64,000 nucleotides of DNA, taken from NCBI GenBank assembly GCA_030672305.1, contig DAOVGR010000047.1, positions 17 to 64,016 of the forward strand, in the 5' to 3' direction. This DNA is from Thermoplasmatales archaeon. Lineage in GTDB: Archaea; Thermoplasmatota; E2; DHVEG-1. The notes below the pieces were generated by a model that saw only the letters and a list, made by a program, of their open reading frames with translations, did no database searches and was not told the origin of the DNA. A program made the translations under genes and the position numbers. Of this stretch, positions 8,611-18,487 are shown in pieces; within the stretch, counting starts at the first letter, position 1; the number at the start of each line of letters is the position of its first letter.

Positions 8611-11013
8611 TTATCTACCTAATCTTTTCTCAGTTTCTGCAATTGTAAGTCTTGTTTTTATAACTGTATCTGGGTTAAGTGATATACTATCAATGCCACA
8701 TTCAACTAAGAACTCTGCAAACTCTGGAAAATCAGATGGTGCTTGTCCACAGATGCCTACTTTTCTTCTTGGTTCATGTTTATGTGCAGTGTCAATAACT
8801 GAAGATACAAGTCGTTTAACAGTTTCGTTTCTTTCATCAAAAATATGTGCAATAAGGGCAGAATCTCTGTCAAGACCCAATGATAATTGTGTCAAGTCAT
8901 TAGAACCGATGCTGAAACCATCAAAAATATCTGCGAATTGGTCAGCAACAATTACATTTGATGGAATTTCACACATTACATAGATTTCAAGACCATTTTC
9001 ACCCTGTTTCAAACTATATTCTTTCATGATATCTAATACTTTTTTACCTTCATCAGGAGTTCTGCAGAAGGGAATCATGGGTTTTATATTTGTAAGTCCC
9101 ATTTCATTTCTTGCTTTTTTGAGTGCTTCACATTCAAGTCCAAATGCTGGCTTGAATTTTACATCATAATATCTTGAAGCTCCTCTCCAGCCTATCATTG
9201 GATTGCTCTCCTTTGGCTCGTATAAATATCCACCGACTAGATTTGCATATTCATTTGTCTTGAAATCTGACATACGAACTATAACATCTTTTGGATAGAA
9301 ACCTGCTGCAATCTTTGCTATTCCTCTAGCAAGTGTGTCAACAAAGAATTCTACTTTGTTTTCATAACCCACACTTTTTTCATCTATTTGTTTTATTACT
9401 TCAGCAATCTTTGGATCGTCTAAAGCTTTCTTTTTTAATTCTTCATATTCAAGAAGCGCAAGTGGATGAATTCCAATATGTGAGTTTATGATAAATTCCT
9501 CTCTTGCAAGGCCAACTCCATCATTTGGTATTTGACCCTGCTGAAATGCTTTTTCTGGAACCCCAACATTCATCATAATCTGAGTTTTTGTTTCAGGTAT
9601 TTGGTCAAGTTTTAATTGATCCATTCTAAACTTTAATAGACCTTCGTAGATACGCCCAACACCCTCTGAACAATCAACAGTTACATTTGCCCCATAAGAA
9701 ATTGTTGAAGTGCCCTCTCCTGTTCCAATAACACAAGGAATGCCAAGCTCACGAGAAATAATTGCAGCATGACAAGTACGTCCTCCTCTATTTGTGACAA
9801 TCGCACCTGCGATTTTCATGATTGGTTCCCAGTCAGGATCTGTCATATCGGTAACCAGAACTTGTCCCTTTTTGAACTTGCTTATGTCCTTTGAATGTTC
9901 TATTACATTAACCTCTCCCTGTCCTATCATGCTGCCTACTGCCTCTCCTTCGACTAGTATTTTTCCTTTTTCTTCAAGAACATATGTATTAAGTGTTGCA
10001 ACATCTTTTTGGGAGTGAACTGTTTCAGGTCTTGCTTGAACAATAAATAACTCTCCAGTTTGCCCGTCCTTTGCCCACTCTATATCCATTGGTTTTTGAT
10101 AATGGTCCTCAATAATATTTGCCCATTTTGCAAGTATTATGATTTCATCATCATTTATTACAAATTTCTTTTTATCTTCTTCACTAACCTCTTGCTGTAT
10201 AGTTCCTTTCTCTCCATATATCATACGTTTTTCTTTTGAACCAATTTTTTTCTCAAGAATGGGTTTAAAACCATTCTTTAAAGTTGGTTTAAAAATATAA
10301 AATTGATCTGGATTTACAGTACCCTGTACAACATTTTCACCAAGCCCATAGGCACCTGTTAGATATACTGCATTTTTAAAACCACTTTCTGTATCAATAG
10401 AAAACATTACACCTGAACTTGCTAAATCAGAACGAACCATTTTTTGAATGCCAACAGACAATAACACATCGAGATGATTAAACCCCTTATCCTCTCTGTA
10501 AGAGATAGCTCTGTTGGTAAATAAAGATGCAAAGCAGTCTCTTACTTTCTCTAGTAACTCATCTTCTCCTCTTACATTTAAGTATGTTTCTTGTTGTCCT
10601 GCAAAACTTGCATCAGGTAAATCCTCTGCAGTTGCACTACTTCTAACTGCAACATCAACATTTTTATTATAACGCTCTTCCATCTCTCGGTAATGTTTTC
10701 GAATATCTTCTTCAAGATCTGGAGGAAGCGGGTTATTTTTAATAAGTTCTCTAATTTTTTTCCCTCTTTCTGCAAGGTTATTAACATCGTGTGTATCAAG
10801 ATCTGATAATATTTCCTTGATTTTTTTATCAATCCCTGCTTTTTCTACAGTATATTTGTAGGCATAGGCGGTAACTGCAAAACCTGAGGGAACATTAACA
10901 CCTTTCTCACCAAGATTTCGTATCATTTCTCCAAGAGAAGCGTTTTTTCCACCAACAGATGGAACATCTTCGATTCGTAAATCCTCAAACCATTTGTTAA
11001 ACTCTTCAATCAT
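8611..11013 (-). CDS. ppsA: Phosphoenolpyruvate synthase (pyruvate, water dikinase)
   Basis: N-terminus MIEEFNKWFEDLRIEDVPSVGGKNASLGEM. Phospho-His motif GGRTCHAAIISRELGIP. C-terminal PEP-utilising TIM-barrel motifs (GSNDLTQ). The ORF track extends to 11088, but homolog-like N-terminal spacing favours ATG 11013. Confidence 0.92.
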   Translation of the reverse strand: MIEEFNKWFEDLRIEDVPSVGGKNASLGEMIRNLGEKGVNVPSGFAVTAYAYKYTVEKAGIDKKIKEILSDLDTHDVNNLAERGKKIRELIKNNPLPPDLEEDIRKHYREMEERYNKNVDVAVRSSATAEDLPDASFAGQQETYLNVRGEDELLEKVRDCFASLFTNRAISYREDKGFNHLDVLLSVGIQKMVRSDLASSGVMFSIDTESGFKNAVYLTGAYGLGENVVQGTVNPDQFYIFKPTLKNGFKPILEKKIGSKEKRMIYGEKGTIQQEVSEEDKKKFVINDDEIIILAKWANIIEDHYQKPMDIEWAKDGQTGELFIVQARPETVHSQKDVATLNTYVLEEKGKILVEGEAVGSMIGQGEVNVIEHSKDISKFKKGQVLVTDMTDPDWEPIMKIAGAIVTNRGGRTCHAAIISRELGIPCVIGTGEGTSTISYGANVTVDCSEGVGRIYEGLLKFRMDQLKLDQIPETKTQIMMNVGVPEKAFQQGQIPNDGVGLAREEFIINSHIGIHPLALLEYEELKKKALDDPKIAEVIKQIDEKSVGYENKVEFFVDTLARGIAKIAAGFYPKDVIVRMSDFKTNEYANLVGGYLYEPKESNPMIGWRGASRYYDVKFKPAFGLECEALKKARNEMGLTNIKPMIPFCRTPDEGKKVLDIMKEYSLKQGENGLEIYVMCEIPSNVIVADQFADIFDGFSIGSNDLTQLSLGLDRDSALIAHIFDERNETVKRLVSSVIDTAHKHEPRRKVGICGQAPSDFPEFAEFLVECGIDSISLNPDTVIKTRLTIAETEKRLGR

Positions 11014-11095
11014 TATTTCACTTCCAAAGTGATTGGTGGGTAATATAAACCTGTATTTAAACTCTTTTTTTGATAAGAAATTAAACAAAATAAAA

Positions 11096-11361
11096 TTAAT
11101 AAGTATGTTTATGCAATCTCTTTACATTTTTATCATAAGCTGTACCAACGTTTTGGCCAATCGTATTGTGTAGTTTTAGTTCATCCAAAACATGTTTTTA
11201 ATCCACGCTGTCTTTATATTTTCCTCTGGATGTTTCTCAATTTTATCGGCAATACCTCTAGCAATATCTACCGGTGCGCCAGTTTTTACTGTACTTACTA
11301 CAATTTTTTCTTTTATAAAAGGTTCTTTTTTTCCATCCCTTTTTATAACTGTCTTAGGCAT
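11096..11361 (-). pseudogene. Small ATP-cone domain protein, interrupted by an apparent 1-nt deletion in a homopolymer
   Basis: The listed 61-aa ORF (11176-11361) starts MPKTVIKRDGKKEPFIKEKIV, which is ATP-cone-like. The frame shifted by one base continues as VLDELKLHNTIGQNVGTAYDKNVKRL to a stop at 11096, giving a normal ~88-aa ATP-cone. The switch must occur within 11179-11200, which contains the runs AAAA (11187-11190) and TTTTT (11195-11199). Confidence 0.55.
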
Positions 11362-11364
11362 TTT

Positions 11365-11910
11365 TTATTCCTCTATAAATACAGCAGCAGCAATAACTGT
11401 AGTCCACAATCCATTTTTATCTCCTTGTGCTGTTTGTACTATACTTTGTGTTCGAACAAATCTTCCACTCATTTTATATTCCTGTTTTCTTTCATCCCAT
11501 GCTCCCTCTATGTCAAAGTCAAGTCCAAGAGTCGTTGCAAGCATAGTTGCTGCTAAATCTTCTGCATAGTCTCCAACTTTCTGAGCTTTTTCACCAAAAC
11601 TATGATGTTCAGAAATGTATCCATAGCTGTTTTTCTCTTTTGGGACTGCAACTCCAATTGACGCTCCAATTAGACGGGTAGGTTCATTTGTTTTATTACG
11701 AGACATTACACAATATGTTATCTCACCAGGTTTTAGTAGTTGTATACCTTTTTCACGAGTCATTATTTTACAATTTGATGGAACAATACTTGAAACACTT
11801 ACCAAATTACATTTTTCAATTCCTGCATTACGTAATGCTAACTCGAAAGACTGGAGCTCATGTTTATGTCTTCCAGCCCCCTTTGTAAAAAAAAGCCTTT
11901 TTGGTACCAT
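11365..11910 (-). CDS. pdaD: Pyruvoyl-dependent arginine decarboxylase
   Basis: [38 protein letters not shown] includes the self-cleavage Ser-Ser context. The length (181 aa) is typical for the family. Confidence 0.88.
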   Translation of the reverse strand: MVPKRLFFTKGAGRHKHELQSFELALRNAGIEKCNLVSVSSIVPSNCKIMTREKGIQLLKPGEITYCVMSRNKTNEPTRLIGASIGVAVPKEKNSYGYISEHHSFGEKAQKVGDYAEDLAATMLATTLGLDFDIEGAWDERKQEYKMSGRFVRTQSIVQTAQGDKNGLWTTVIAAAVFIEE

Positions 11911-11949
11911 AACCTCTCCCCATAATTAAAATTTTTATTATAAATATGT

Positions 11950-12864
11950 CTATGATTTTTGATCTTCGCTACTTTCTTCTTCTCCTTTTTGATCCACTTT
12001 TGAATCAGATTGCATTTTTAGAAGATCTCGCATTTGTTTTTGAATATCAACTTGTTCTTTTTGGAATTCTACCTGTTCTTGTTGATATGGTGTAATTACA
12101 TTGCCCTGTACCAATTCTTCTACAAGTTTCTTTACTTCTTTGTATGGATAAACTCCATGAAGTTCGTAATAACTTCTAGTACGAGGTGTTTGTACCTCTT
12201 TACCTCCACCAAAAAGGCCAAATAACTTCAATTTTTTCTCGCCTAAAGCAACTCCGCCACCTGCAAAAGATTTATCACTTCCAAGCCCAAAACCTGATTG
12301 ACTGATAGGAATAATTGTTCCAAATCCAAAAATTTGTCCAATAATTCCTTGTTTAGCATTTATATCTGTTATTTTGTCATACCTTAATGTTCTTTCTTGT
12401 TTCGTAACTATTCCTCCTTTGAATGTTATTCGTTGGTTTGAGATATAATATTTATGAGAACGACGATAAAATTCAACAAGTATAAATCCTAAAATTGATA
12501 TAAAAATTGTATAAACTGGAATAAAAATACCTATTATACCTTGTAATCCTAACCAGAAAATGAATCCAGTACCACTTGCAAAAACACAAGCATAAAGGAT
12601 AAAAATACTCCATCTAATAGTAATTAGGGATGCAACAATTCCAGCTAATAATAGACCAATCCCCCAAAATGATAGTGAAAGCCAAAAATTGTCGGCAAAA
12701 TAAATTTTCCATTCTGAAGCATTTAGCAGCCATAATACAAGCACTCCCCATATAACTAGGAATATACTAAGTGATTGAAATCTCATAAATGACAGCGGAT
12801 GTGGTGAAAGTATCTTTTCCACTTCTTCACCTTTTAATAGTTCATCCTCATCCATCTTTTTCAC
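11950..12864 (-). CDS. Membrane protein with bacterial PH (bPH_2/YdbS-like) domain and an acidic coiled C-terminus
   Basis: Several TM helices followed by YYISNQRITFKGGIVTKQERTLRYDKITDINAKQGIIGQIFGFGTI, a bPH_2 pattern. Confidence 0.55.
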   Translation of the reverse strand: MKKMDEDELLKGEEVEKILSPHPLSFMRFQSLSIFLVIWGVLVLWLLNASEWKIYFADNFWLSLSFWGIGLLLAGIVASLITIRWSIFILYACVFASGTGFIFWLGLQGIIGIFIPVYTIFISILGFILVEFYRRSHKYYISNQRITFKGGIVTKQERTLRYDKITDINAKQGIIGQIFGFGTIIPISQSGFGLGSDKSFAGGGVALGEKKLKLFGLFGGGKEVQTPRTRSYYELHGVYPYKEVKKLVEELVQGNVITPYQQEQVEFQKEQVDIQKQMRDLLKMQSDSKVDQKGEEESSEDQKS

Positions 12865-13918
12865 CTTTGCTATTCTTTTTTAATTTTTTTATATCTCGCT
12901 TGGTTTTAAATTTATTGCTTTTCCTTTTGAGCAAAAGATAAGTTACCGTAATAGTTGATATTATTAATATTAAAATCGAAACAGTCTTTGTAAAATCTGT
13001 TGGGAAATAAAAAAAGAAAACTCTTGCAATTATGTAAGAAACTGGCATTGTTACATAGGAAAAAACTTTCCATCCACCAGGGATTTCATCTGTGGTTTTT
13101 ATTAGCAGCAGTATCATATCAGCAATAATAAGTGATACTAGCGAAATAATTGACAACCAACCTAATATAATAAAAAATGCAACGTACCAATTCTGCCCTA
13201 ACCAAAATGAAACATAGAAGAAAAAGTATGCAAATGCAAATAATGTTATTAGGCATAGAGGCTTATTTAGGAAGAGTGTTTTAATGTTTTTCAAATCATA
13301 AAGCATGTCTACTTTTTCCCTTTTTTCCTTACCGATATAGCTTGGTCTTATACCCATTCCCAGAAATACCATTAACATTAAAAATCCAAAATGTGCAGGA
13401 TGTAAAAGATCAATATTAAGTAAGAAATTAAAGAAGCCATTTGCAAAAAAATATAAACTAGCACCAAAGGTGTTAATTTGTTCACCAAATGTATATTTTA
13501 ATTCTAACAATTGAGATGGAGTAACAATTTCAAAACCACTGCTCATCAGGAAATATAAGCAAACTAGCAGTAGAAACGCTGGGATAAAAAAGGGCCCAAT
13601 AAATAAAAAAACATTTGAAATCCACTCAAATATTCCTTTTTTTTCTTTTTTTGGTACAACTTTTCCATAATCTACACCTAGATGAAAATTAGAAATTCCG
13701 CTTTTTGTAACAGTATAACCCAAAGCATGACATATTGTTTGAAATAGGATTCCCAGAAAATTTGTAAATCTACAAAATGGCTCATGATTTGGTCTTATTT
13801 TAGAAAGTAGATATTTTTCACTTTCTATAAAAACAAGTTGAATAAACCAGAATAGTAAAACACCTAATACGGGAGCTAATGGTGCAAATACTACAATATC
13901 AATTGATGAGGCTTCCAT
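12848..13918 (-). CDS. Polytopic membrane protein of unknown function
   Basis: 356-aa ORF, highly hydrophobic, with a basic C-terminal tail. It overlaps the downstream gene by 17 nt. Confidence 0.5.
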   Translation of the reverse strand: MEASSIDIVVFAPLAPVLGVLLFWFIQLVFIESEKYLLSKIRPNHEPFCRFTNFLGILFQTICHALGYTVTKSGISNFHLGVDYGKVVPKKEKKGIFEWISNVFLFIGPFFIPAFLLLVCLYFLMSSGFEIVTPSQLLELKYTFGEQINTFGASLYFFANGFFNFLLNIDLLHPAHFGFLMLMVFLGMGIRPSYIGKEKREKVDMLYDLKNIKTLFLNKPLCLITLFAFAYFFFYVSFWLGQNWYVAFFIILGWLSIISLVSLIIADMILLLIKTTDEIPGGWKVFSYVTMPVSYIIARVFFFYFPTDFTKTVSILILIISTITVTYLLLKRKSNKFKTKRDIKKLKKNSKGEKDG

Positions 13919-13981
13919 CCTTCTCCAATTTGTGATATATGTTTTTTTATTTAAAACATTGTTTTTCTATTAGTTTATTGG

Positions 13982-14299
13982 TTATTTTCTACGTTCAACA
14001 ACAATCGTACATTTTGTAGCAATTGCTCCAATTACTCCAAGAGCCGCAAGCCATGGAGCAATTACTGCTCCAATTAATCCAACAGTAGCAGGTAAATCAA
14101 GTAATATTTTTCCTTTCTCGTCTTTAATAATTATTCTTCTAACATTTCCCTCGTGTAGTAAATTTTTAACTGTTTTTACAAGATCATCTGATGATACAGT
14201 AAACTCCTCTGTTTTAAAGTCTTTAACTGAAGTTCCACATACTGAGCAGTAGTTAGCATCATCTGATAATTTTGCACCACATTTCTTACAATAAACCAT
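13982..14299 (-). CDS. Zinc-ribbon plus DUF4342-like small protein
   Basis: N-terminal CKKCG...CSVCG zinc ribbon. The C-terminal segment LLHEGNVRRIIIKDEKGKILLDLPATVGLIGAVIAPWLAALGVIGAIATKCTIVVER matches the DUF4342 pattern. Confidence 0.6.
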   Translation of the reverse strand: MVYCKKCGAKLSDDANYCSVCGTSVKDFKTEEFTVSSDDLVKTVKNLLHEGNVRRIIIKDEKGKILLDLPATVGLIGAVIAPWLAALGVIGAIATKCTIVVERRK

Positions 14300-14492
14300 G
14301 TTTTCTCACCAATATAAAATCTCAAAACACTTTATTCCTTAAAAAAGTCATCCCTATAAATGAATAATCCAAAAACTCTAGAAATTTTGAACGTTAAATA
14401 GATTTAATCATCGAAGAAATTTTATTTTGTACAAATTTATTCACGATAATTCTTAAATAATCTCTTGTTCTATATACATAAAAGGCGAAATA

Positions 14493-14573
14493 ATGAGCGA
14501 TTTCGTTATTGGTATACCTCTTGGAATGGCAATTGGCATTGCAAATAAAGATAAATGGAAAAAGAAGGAGTAA
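14493..14573 (+). CDS. Candidate 26-aa hydrophobic micropeptide
   Basis: The ORF reads MSDFVIGIPLGMAIGIANKDKWKKKE. It ends 3 nt before the next small ORF and is too short for the ORF track. Confidence 0.25.
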   Translation: MSDFVIGIPLGMAIGIANKDKWKKKE

Positions 14574-14576
14574 TAA

Positions 14577-14726
14577 ATGGCTAAATGTCCACATTGTAAA
14601 GAAGAAATATCTTTGAAAGATATTGATAGAGAGACCTTTGGAGCTGGTTTTCTTAAACAGGAGATAATGTATTCCTGTCCATATTGTAATTCTGTTATTG
14701 GATTTAGTAGAGGGAATTATAGGTAA
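14577..14726 (+). CDS. 49-aa zinc-ribbon protein (CxxC...CxxC), absent from the ORF track
   Basis: Sequence MAKCPHCKEEISLKDIDRETFGAGFLKQEIMYSCPYCNSVIGFSRGNYR. GAAGGAG lies 7-8 nt upstream of ATG 14577. The antisense listed ORF 14394-14594 has no recognisable features. Confidence 0.5.
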   Translation: MAKCPHCKEEISLKDIDRETFGAGFLKQEIMYSCPYCNSVIGFSRGNYR

Positions 14727-14818
14727 TAATCTAAAATCTGTTAACGATATGCTGTAAGTTCATCCAATGCTAAAACAGTTGAAGAATAAGTAAATGTGCT
14801 GTTTTTCCTATTTATGAT

Positions 14819-15256
14819 TTATCTGCTATTGATAAGATTTTTAAGCTCTGATATATCATTTTTAATAGTTTCAACTTCTTCTAATTTTTTCTCCTCAAAA
14901 TCGTTCAATATTTCGGATAATTTCTGAGTTGATGTATAAATATGAATTGGTCTGCCTTTTCCTTCCTTTTTAAGATCTCGTTTTGTTACCCATCCTCTTC
15001 TTCTGAGTTCTTTTATAGCTATACAGACTTCAGGCTGTCTCATATCTGCTGCTTGCTCAACATCTGCAGATCGAAATTCATCAACTTGATTGATATATAA
15101 TAATGTTTTAGCAAGATTTTTTGGCATCCCTAGTTCCCTAAATATTTCAACTGCTTTCTCATCCTTTTCATCTAATACGAGCATATTTTTCCGTTTCATT
15201 TTTTCCTCCTCCTCATAACCCATAACGTCTATTCTTTTATAAAACCAATTATACAT
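14819..15256 (-). CDS. Winged-helix transcriptional regulator (ArsR/TrmB-like)
   Basis: wHTH segment AVEIFRELGMPKNLAKTLLYINQVDEFRSADVEQAADMRQPEVCIAIKELRRRGWV. The true start is probably internal: ATG 15199 is preceded by GAGGAGGAGG, or ATG 15223. A TATA-like TTATATAAAT sits directly upstream of 15256. Confidence 0.65.
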   Translation of the reverse strand: MYNWFYKRIDVMGYEEEEKMKRKNMLVLDEKDEKAVEIFRELGMPKNLAKTLLYINQVDEFRSADVEQAADMRQPEVCIAIKELRRRGWVTKRDLKKEGKGRPIHIYTSTQKLSEILNDFEEKKLEEVETIKNDISELKNLINSR

Positions 15257-15441
15257 TCATTGAATTTATATAATGAATAAAAAGGTTTTGTAAAATTTCT
15301 AATTATTGTATCTCTACACTTTAATTAACCAAAACCACAATTTTGGTAAAATATCAGATTTGTTAGAAGTCAAAATAGTAATTTATAAAAACCTACAGAA
15401 ATACTAAATTTAGAAATGCTCCCAAAAATCAATATTTATTA

Positions 15442-15774
15442 CTATTTACTCTTCTTTTTAGTTGATAAGAATATTTCAATTGAGGATACATTAGTAGATC
15501 TGCCTTCTTCATTAGTAATGCTTTCGGTACCAATTTTTATATCTTTTATTTTTACATCTTTGATAAACCTATTTCTGATAATTTCTGCAACATCTACTGC
15601 TCTACTAATTGTTCTACCACGGGCTTTTATTACAACTTCATCTGAACCAGTACTCTGAAACTGTGTTACTACTGCTAGTACATAACTCATGGAAGGTTTA
15701 TTTCTTACATTTATAGTGTTTTCATTGTTTTTACTTTTTTTTGAGGTCTTATATTCTGTTGTTTCTTCAGACAT
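15442..15774 (-). CDS. albA: Alba DNA/RNA-binding chromatin protein
   Basis: [49 protein letters not shown] matches the Alba fold signature. Confidence 0.88.
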   Translation of the reverse strand: MSEETTEYKTSKKSKNNENTINVRNKPSMSYVLAVVTQFQSTGSDEVVIKARGRTISRAVDVAEIIRNRFIKDVKIKDIKIGTESITNEEGRSTNVSSIEIFLSTKKKSK

Positions 15775-15860
15775 ATTTTCTCCTCATCCATAAAAGACTT
15801 TCTGTATGTTAAATAGTTACTGTTTAAAAATTTCAATTCTTAACTTTACAATATTTCTTC

Positions 15861-16274
15861 TTAGATAACTTTCATATCTATTTCTTCTCCATTATGATCA
15901 TAGGATCTCCATGAAGTAGTTGTAAAAGGATAAGCAGCAACAATATGGACTTTTCCAAACTTTCTAAATAGAAAAACGTCTGCATCTGAAGGGTGAAAAG
16001 AAATAGAAGGATGACTATGTACTGTTCCAACTATAGAAAAATCAATAGGTAGCATATGAAGTTTGAATATTGCGTGGGAATCACCAGAGATTGTACCAGG
16101 TAAAATCACAAGTTCTTTGATTGTATCCTTTTTATCTAAATCAACACGAAGAAAACCACCAAACTCATTTGGATAAGATGATTTTGCGCTTTCTAAAATA
16201 AATTCAAGGGTACTTCCTTTAATTTTCCAATGACGCTGAACTTCGTTGTTTTTTTTCTTTTTAAATATTGACAT
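15861..16274 (-). CDS. JAB/MPN (JAMM) domain metalloprotease
   Basis: NEFGGFL (Glu) together with GTVHSHPSISFHPSDADVFLF, which is the HxH...S..D JAMM motif. Confidence 0.75.
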   Translation of the reverse strand: MSIFKKKKNNEVQRHWKIKGSTLEFILESAKSSYPNEFGGFLRVDLDKKDTIKELVILPGTISGDSHAIFKLHMLPIDFSIVGTVHSHPSISFHPSDADVFLFRKFGKVHIVAAYPFTTTSWRSYDHNGEEIDMKVI

Positions 16275-16278
16275 ATTT

Positions 16279-17091
16279 TTATCTAACCAGTTTCAACCTG
16301 ACCATCTGATAAAAGGATTCTCCAAATCTTACATATCTTGCCTTTTTCTCAGAGCCAGTTATTGCAATATCGCTTTCTGGGGTGACTGATAGAGGGGATT
16401 CTCCATCAATAACAATCTTTGATTCTTTGCTTTTAGCTAGTAATTTTATTCCAACAGTTTTCTTCAAAGGAACAACCCAAGGACGTGCTGATAACTTAAA
16501 TGGGGCAAGAGGAGCAATTACCATAGCTTCAACTGTAGGATCAAGAATTGGTCCACCTGCGCTAAGTGCATAACTTGTGGAACCAGTTGGTGTTGCAACT
16601 ATAACACCATCTGCACCAAAGGTTTCAATTAATTCATCATCAACAAAAATTTTAAGATACATTATTTTTGCTATACGTGGTGTCTGAATTGTTACCTCAT
16701 TTGCAGCATCAGAAAGTCTTTTACCATCAACTATAACTTTCAATTTAGCTCTTTCTTCAACATTATAATTGCCATCTAACAATTTTTCCAAACCACTCAT
16801 TGCATATTTCGATTCAATTTCTGTAAGAAAACCCATACCTCCAGAATTAATTGCAAAAATTGGTTTATCCACTTTTTCTAATGCTCTAAGAATAGTTCCA
16901 TCGCCACCAATAGTAATAACAATATCTGCTTCATTGTTTATTTCCTCCAACACATATCCTTTAATACCTTTCTCCTTTGCAAAACCTTTCTCAACAAAGA
17001 TTTCTCCCTTATCCTTTAAAAAATCATAAATTTCATTAGCCATTGAATATGCTTTTTTTATGTTATAGTTGTAGATTAATCCCCATTTCAT
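16279..17091 (-). CDS. nadK: NAD kinase
   Basis: ADIVITIGGDGTILRA, NEVTI and the GADGVIVATPTGSTSYALSAGGPI motifs. Confidence 0.88.
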   Translation of the reverse strand: MKWGLIYNYNIKKAYSMANEIYDFLKDKGEIFVEKGFAKEKGIKGYVLEEINNEADIVITIGGDGTILRALEKVDKPIFAINSGGMGFLTEIESKYAMSGLEKLLDGNYNVEERAKLKVIVDGKRLSDAANEVTIQTPRIAKIMYLKIFVDDELIETFGADGVIVATPTGSTSYALSAGGPILDPTVEAMVIAPLAPFKLSARPWVVPLKKTVGIKLLAKSKESKIVIDGESPLSVTPESDIAITGSEKKARYVRFGESFYQMVRLKLVR

Positions 17092-17103
17092 ATTATTATA
17101 CTC

Positions 17104-18297
17104 CTATGCCTCAGATGAAATTTTCATGAGGGGCCTTAATTTCATCAACAAGGTTGGATGTTTAAGTACTAAAGCCTTAACAAGGGCAAAAGTACTAATC
17201 TCATCAAACTTGATATCTTTTAACGAGTCAGCAAGCATATTTAATGTTTTATCATCAAAATCAAGGAAAATTTCCTTAACCATATAATTTCTCTTAAGCT
17301 TCTTACCAAAAGCCTCCTTCCAACCTGTTTCATAAGATGAAAGTGTTTCTTTATCAAATTGCTGTTGTTCTATCGCCATTCCAATAGTTTCTCCTGCTAT
17401 TTTTCCAGCCTCCAAACAGTGAGTTAGGCCACCACCTGTAATCGGATCTACCTGTCTTGCTGAATCTCCAACTAAAATTATATTATCTTTAACAGTTTCC
17501 ACAGGATTTGCGACAGGGACCGCTCCAGCAAGAAATCGAATAGGATTTCCATTTTTTAACCTAGGATTATTTGCAATAAATTGATCAAGAAGTTTTTTAG
17601 GCATTCCAGCTTCACTTAAATTTCCTAAAACTCCAATACCTACATTAGCAACATCTTTTCCTTTTGGAAAAACCCAAATATACCCTCCTGGGGCAATCTT
17701 ATTACCTAGATAAAAATCACAATAAGCTTCTTTACAATCAATGTTTGTTAGAGTATACTGACAACAGGTTTCTAGATCTTTAGGATCAAGTCTAGTATCA
17801 ATACCTGCCCATTGTCCAATTTTAGATTCTACGCCATCGGTTCCAACAACGATATCTGCTTCAATTTCAATTTCATCATCATACTGTTTAGCCTTCACAC
17901 CAATTATTTTATCTTTCTCTCTTAAAAGATCAATTGCATTTGTATTCATTACAATTTTTGCACCAGCTTTAGCAGCCTGACGTGCAAGCTCTTGATCAAA
18001 AATATCTCTATAGACCACATAACCAGTTTCATTTCCAGCCATTTCTGCTGATAGTTTTACCATAGTACCATCTGGAGAAAAGATTCTAGCACCCTCCATA
18101 TTACATGCAATCCATCTTTTACCTTCAAGCATTCCCCATTCATCGATTTTTCTACTTACACCCTCTCCGCAAAGAACGGGAACACCAATTTCTTGCCTAC
18201 GTTCAATAATTAGAACTTTTGCTCCTGATTCTGCTGCAAAACGAGCGGTGACAGTCCCAGCAGGACCTGCACCAACTATAACAACATCATATTTCAT
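17104..18297 (-). CDS. Geranylgeranyl reductase (digeranylgeranylglycerophospholipid reductase family)
   Basis: MKYDVVIVGAGPAGTVTARFAAESG FAD-binding fold, plus VGTDGVESK and LVGDSARQVDPITGGG. The ORF track extends to 18441, but the homologous N-terminus begins at ATG 18297. Confidence 0.85.
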   Translation of the reverse strand: MKYDVVIVGAGPAGTVTARFAAESGAKVLIIERRQEIGVPVLCGEGVSRKIDEWGMLEGKRWIACNMEGARIFSPDGTMVKLSAEMAGNETGYVVYRDIFDQELARQAAKAGAKIVMNTNAIDLLREKDKIIGVKAKQYDDEIEIEADIVVGTDGVESKIGQWAGIDTRLDPKDLETCCQYTLTNIDCKEAYCDFYLGNKIAPGGYIWVFPKGKDVANVGIGVLGNLSEAGMPKKLLDQFIANNPRLKNGNPIRFLAGAVPVANPVETVKDNIILVGDSARQVDPITGGGLTHCLEAGKIAGETIGMAIEQQQFDKETLSSYETGWKEAFGKKLKRNYMVKEIFLDFDDKTLNMLADSLKDIKFDEISTFALVKALVLKHPTLLMKLRPLMKISSEA

Positions 18298-18487
18298 TTG
18301 CAGCATACCTCCCGCTAATCGCGCCAATAGGGCATATTCGAATACAGATTGCACAGCTGATACATTTTTCCTCTGTAACAAGAGCTCTTCCACCAAACAT
18401 TGAAAGAGCATCCTGTGGACAAACTGATATGCATCCTCCACAAGCTAAACATATATTCCTATCGACTATTGCTTTAGGCTTTCCCAT
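18287..18487 (-). CDS. 2x[4Fe-4S] ferredoxin
   Basis: CLACGGCISVCP and CISCAICIRICP cluster motifs. The gene overlaps the GGR start by 11 nt. Confidence 0.85.
   Translation of the reverse strand: MGKPKAIVDRNICLACGGCISVCPQDALSMFGGRALVTEEKCISCAICIRICPIGAISGRYAANEI

Noticed and set aside
14394-14594. Listed 66-aa ORF on the - strand.
   Set aside because: It has no motif and no ribosome-binding site. It is antisense to two better-supported small + strand ORFs.
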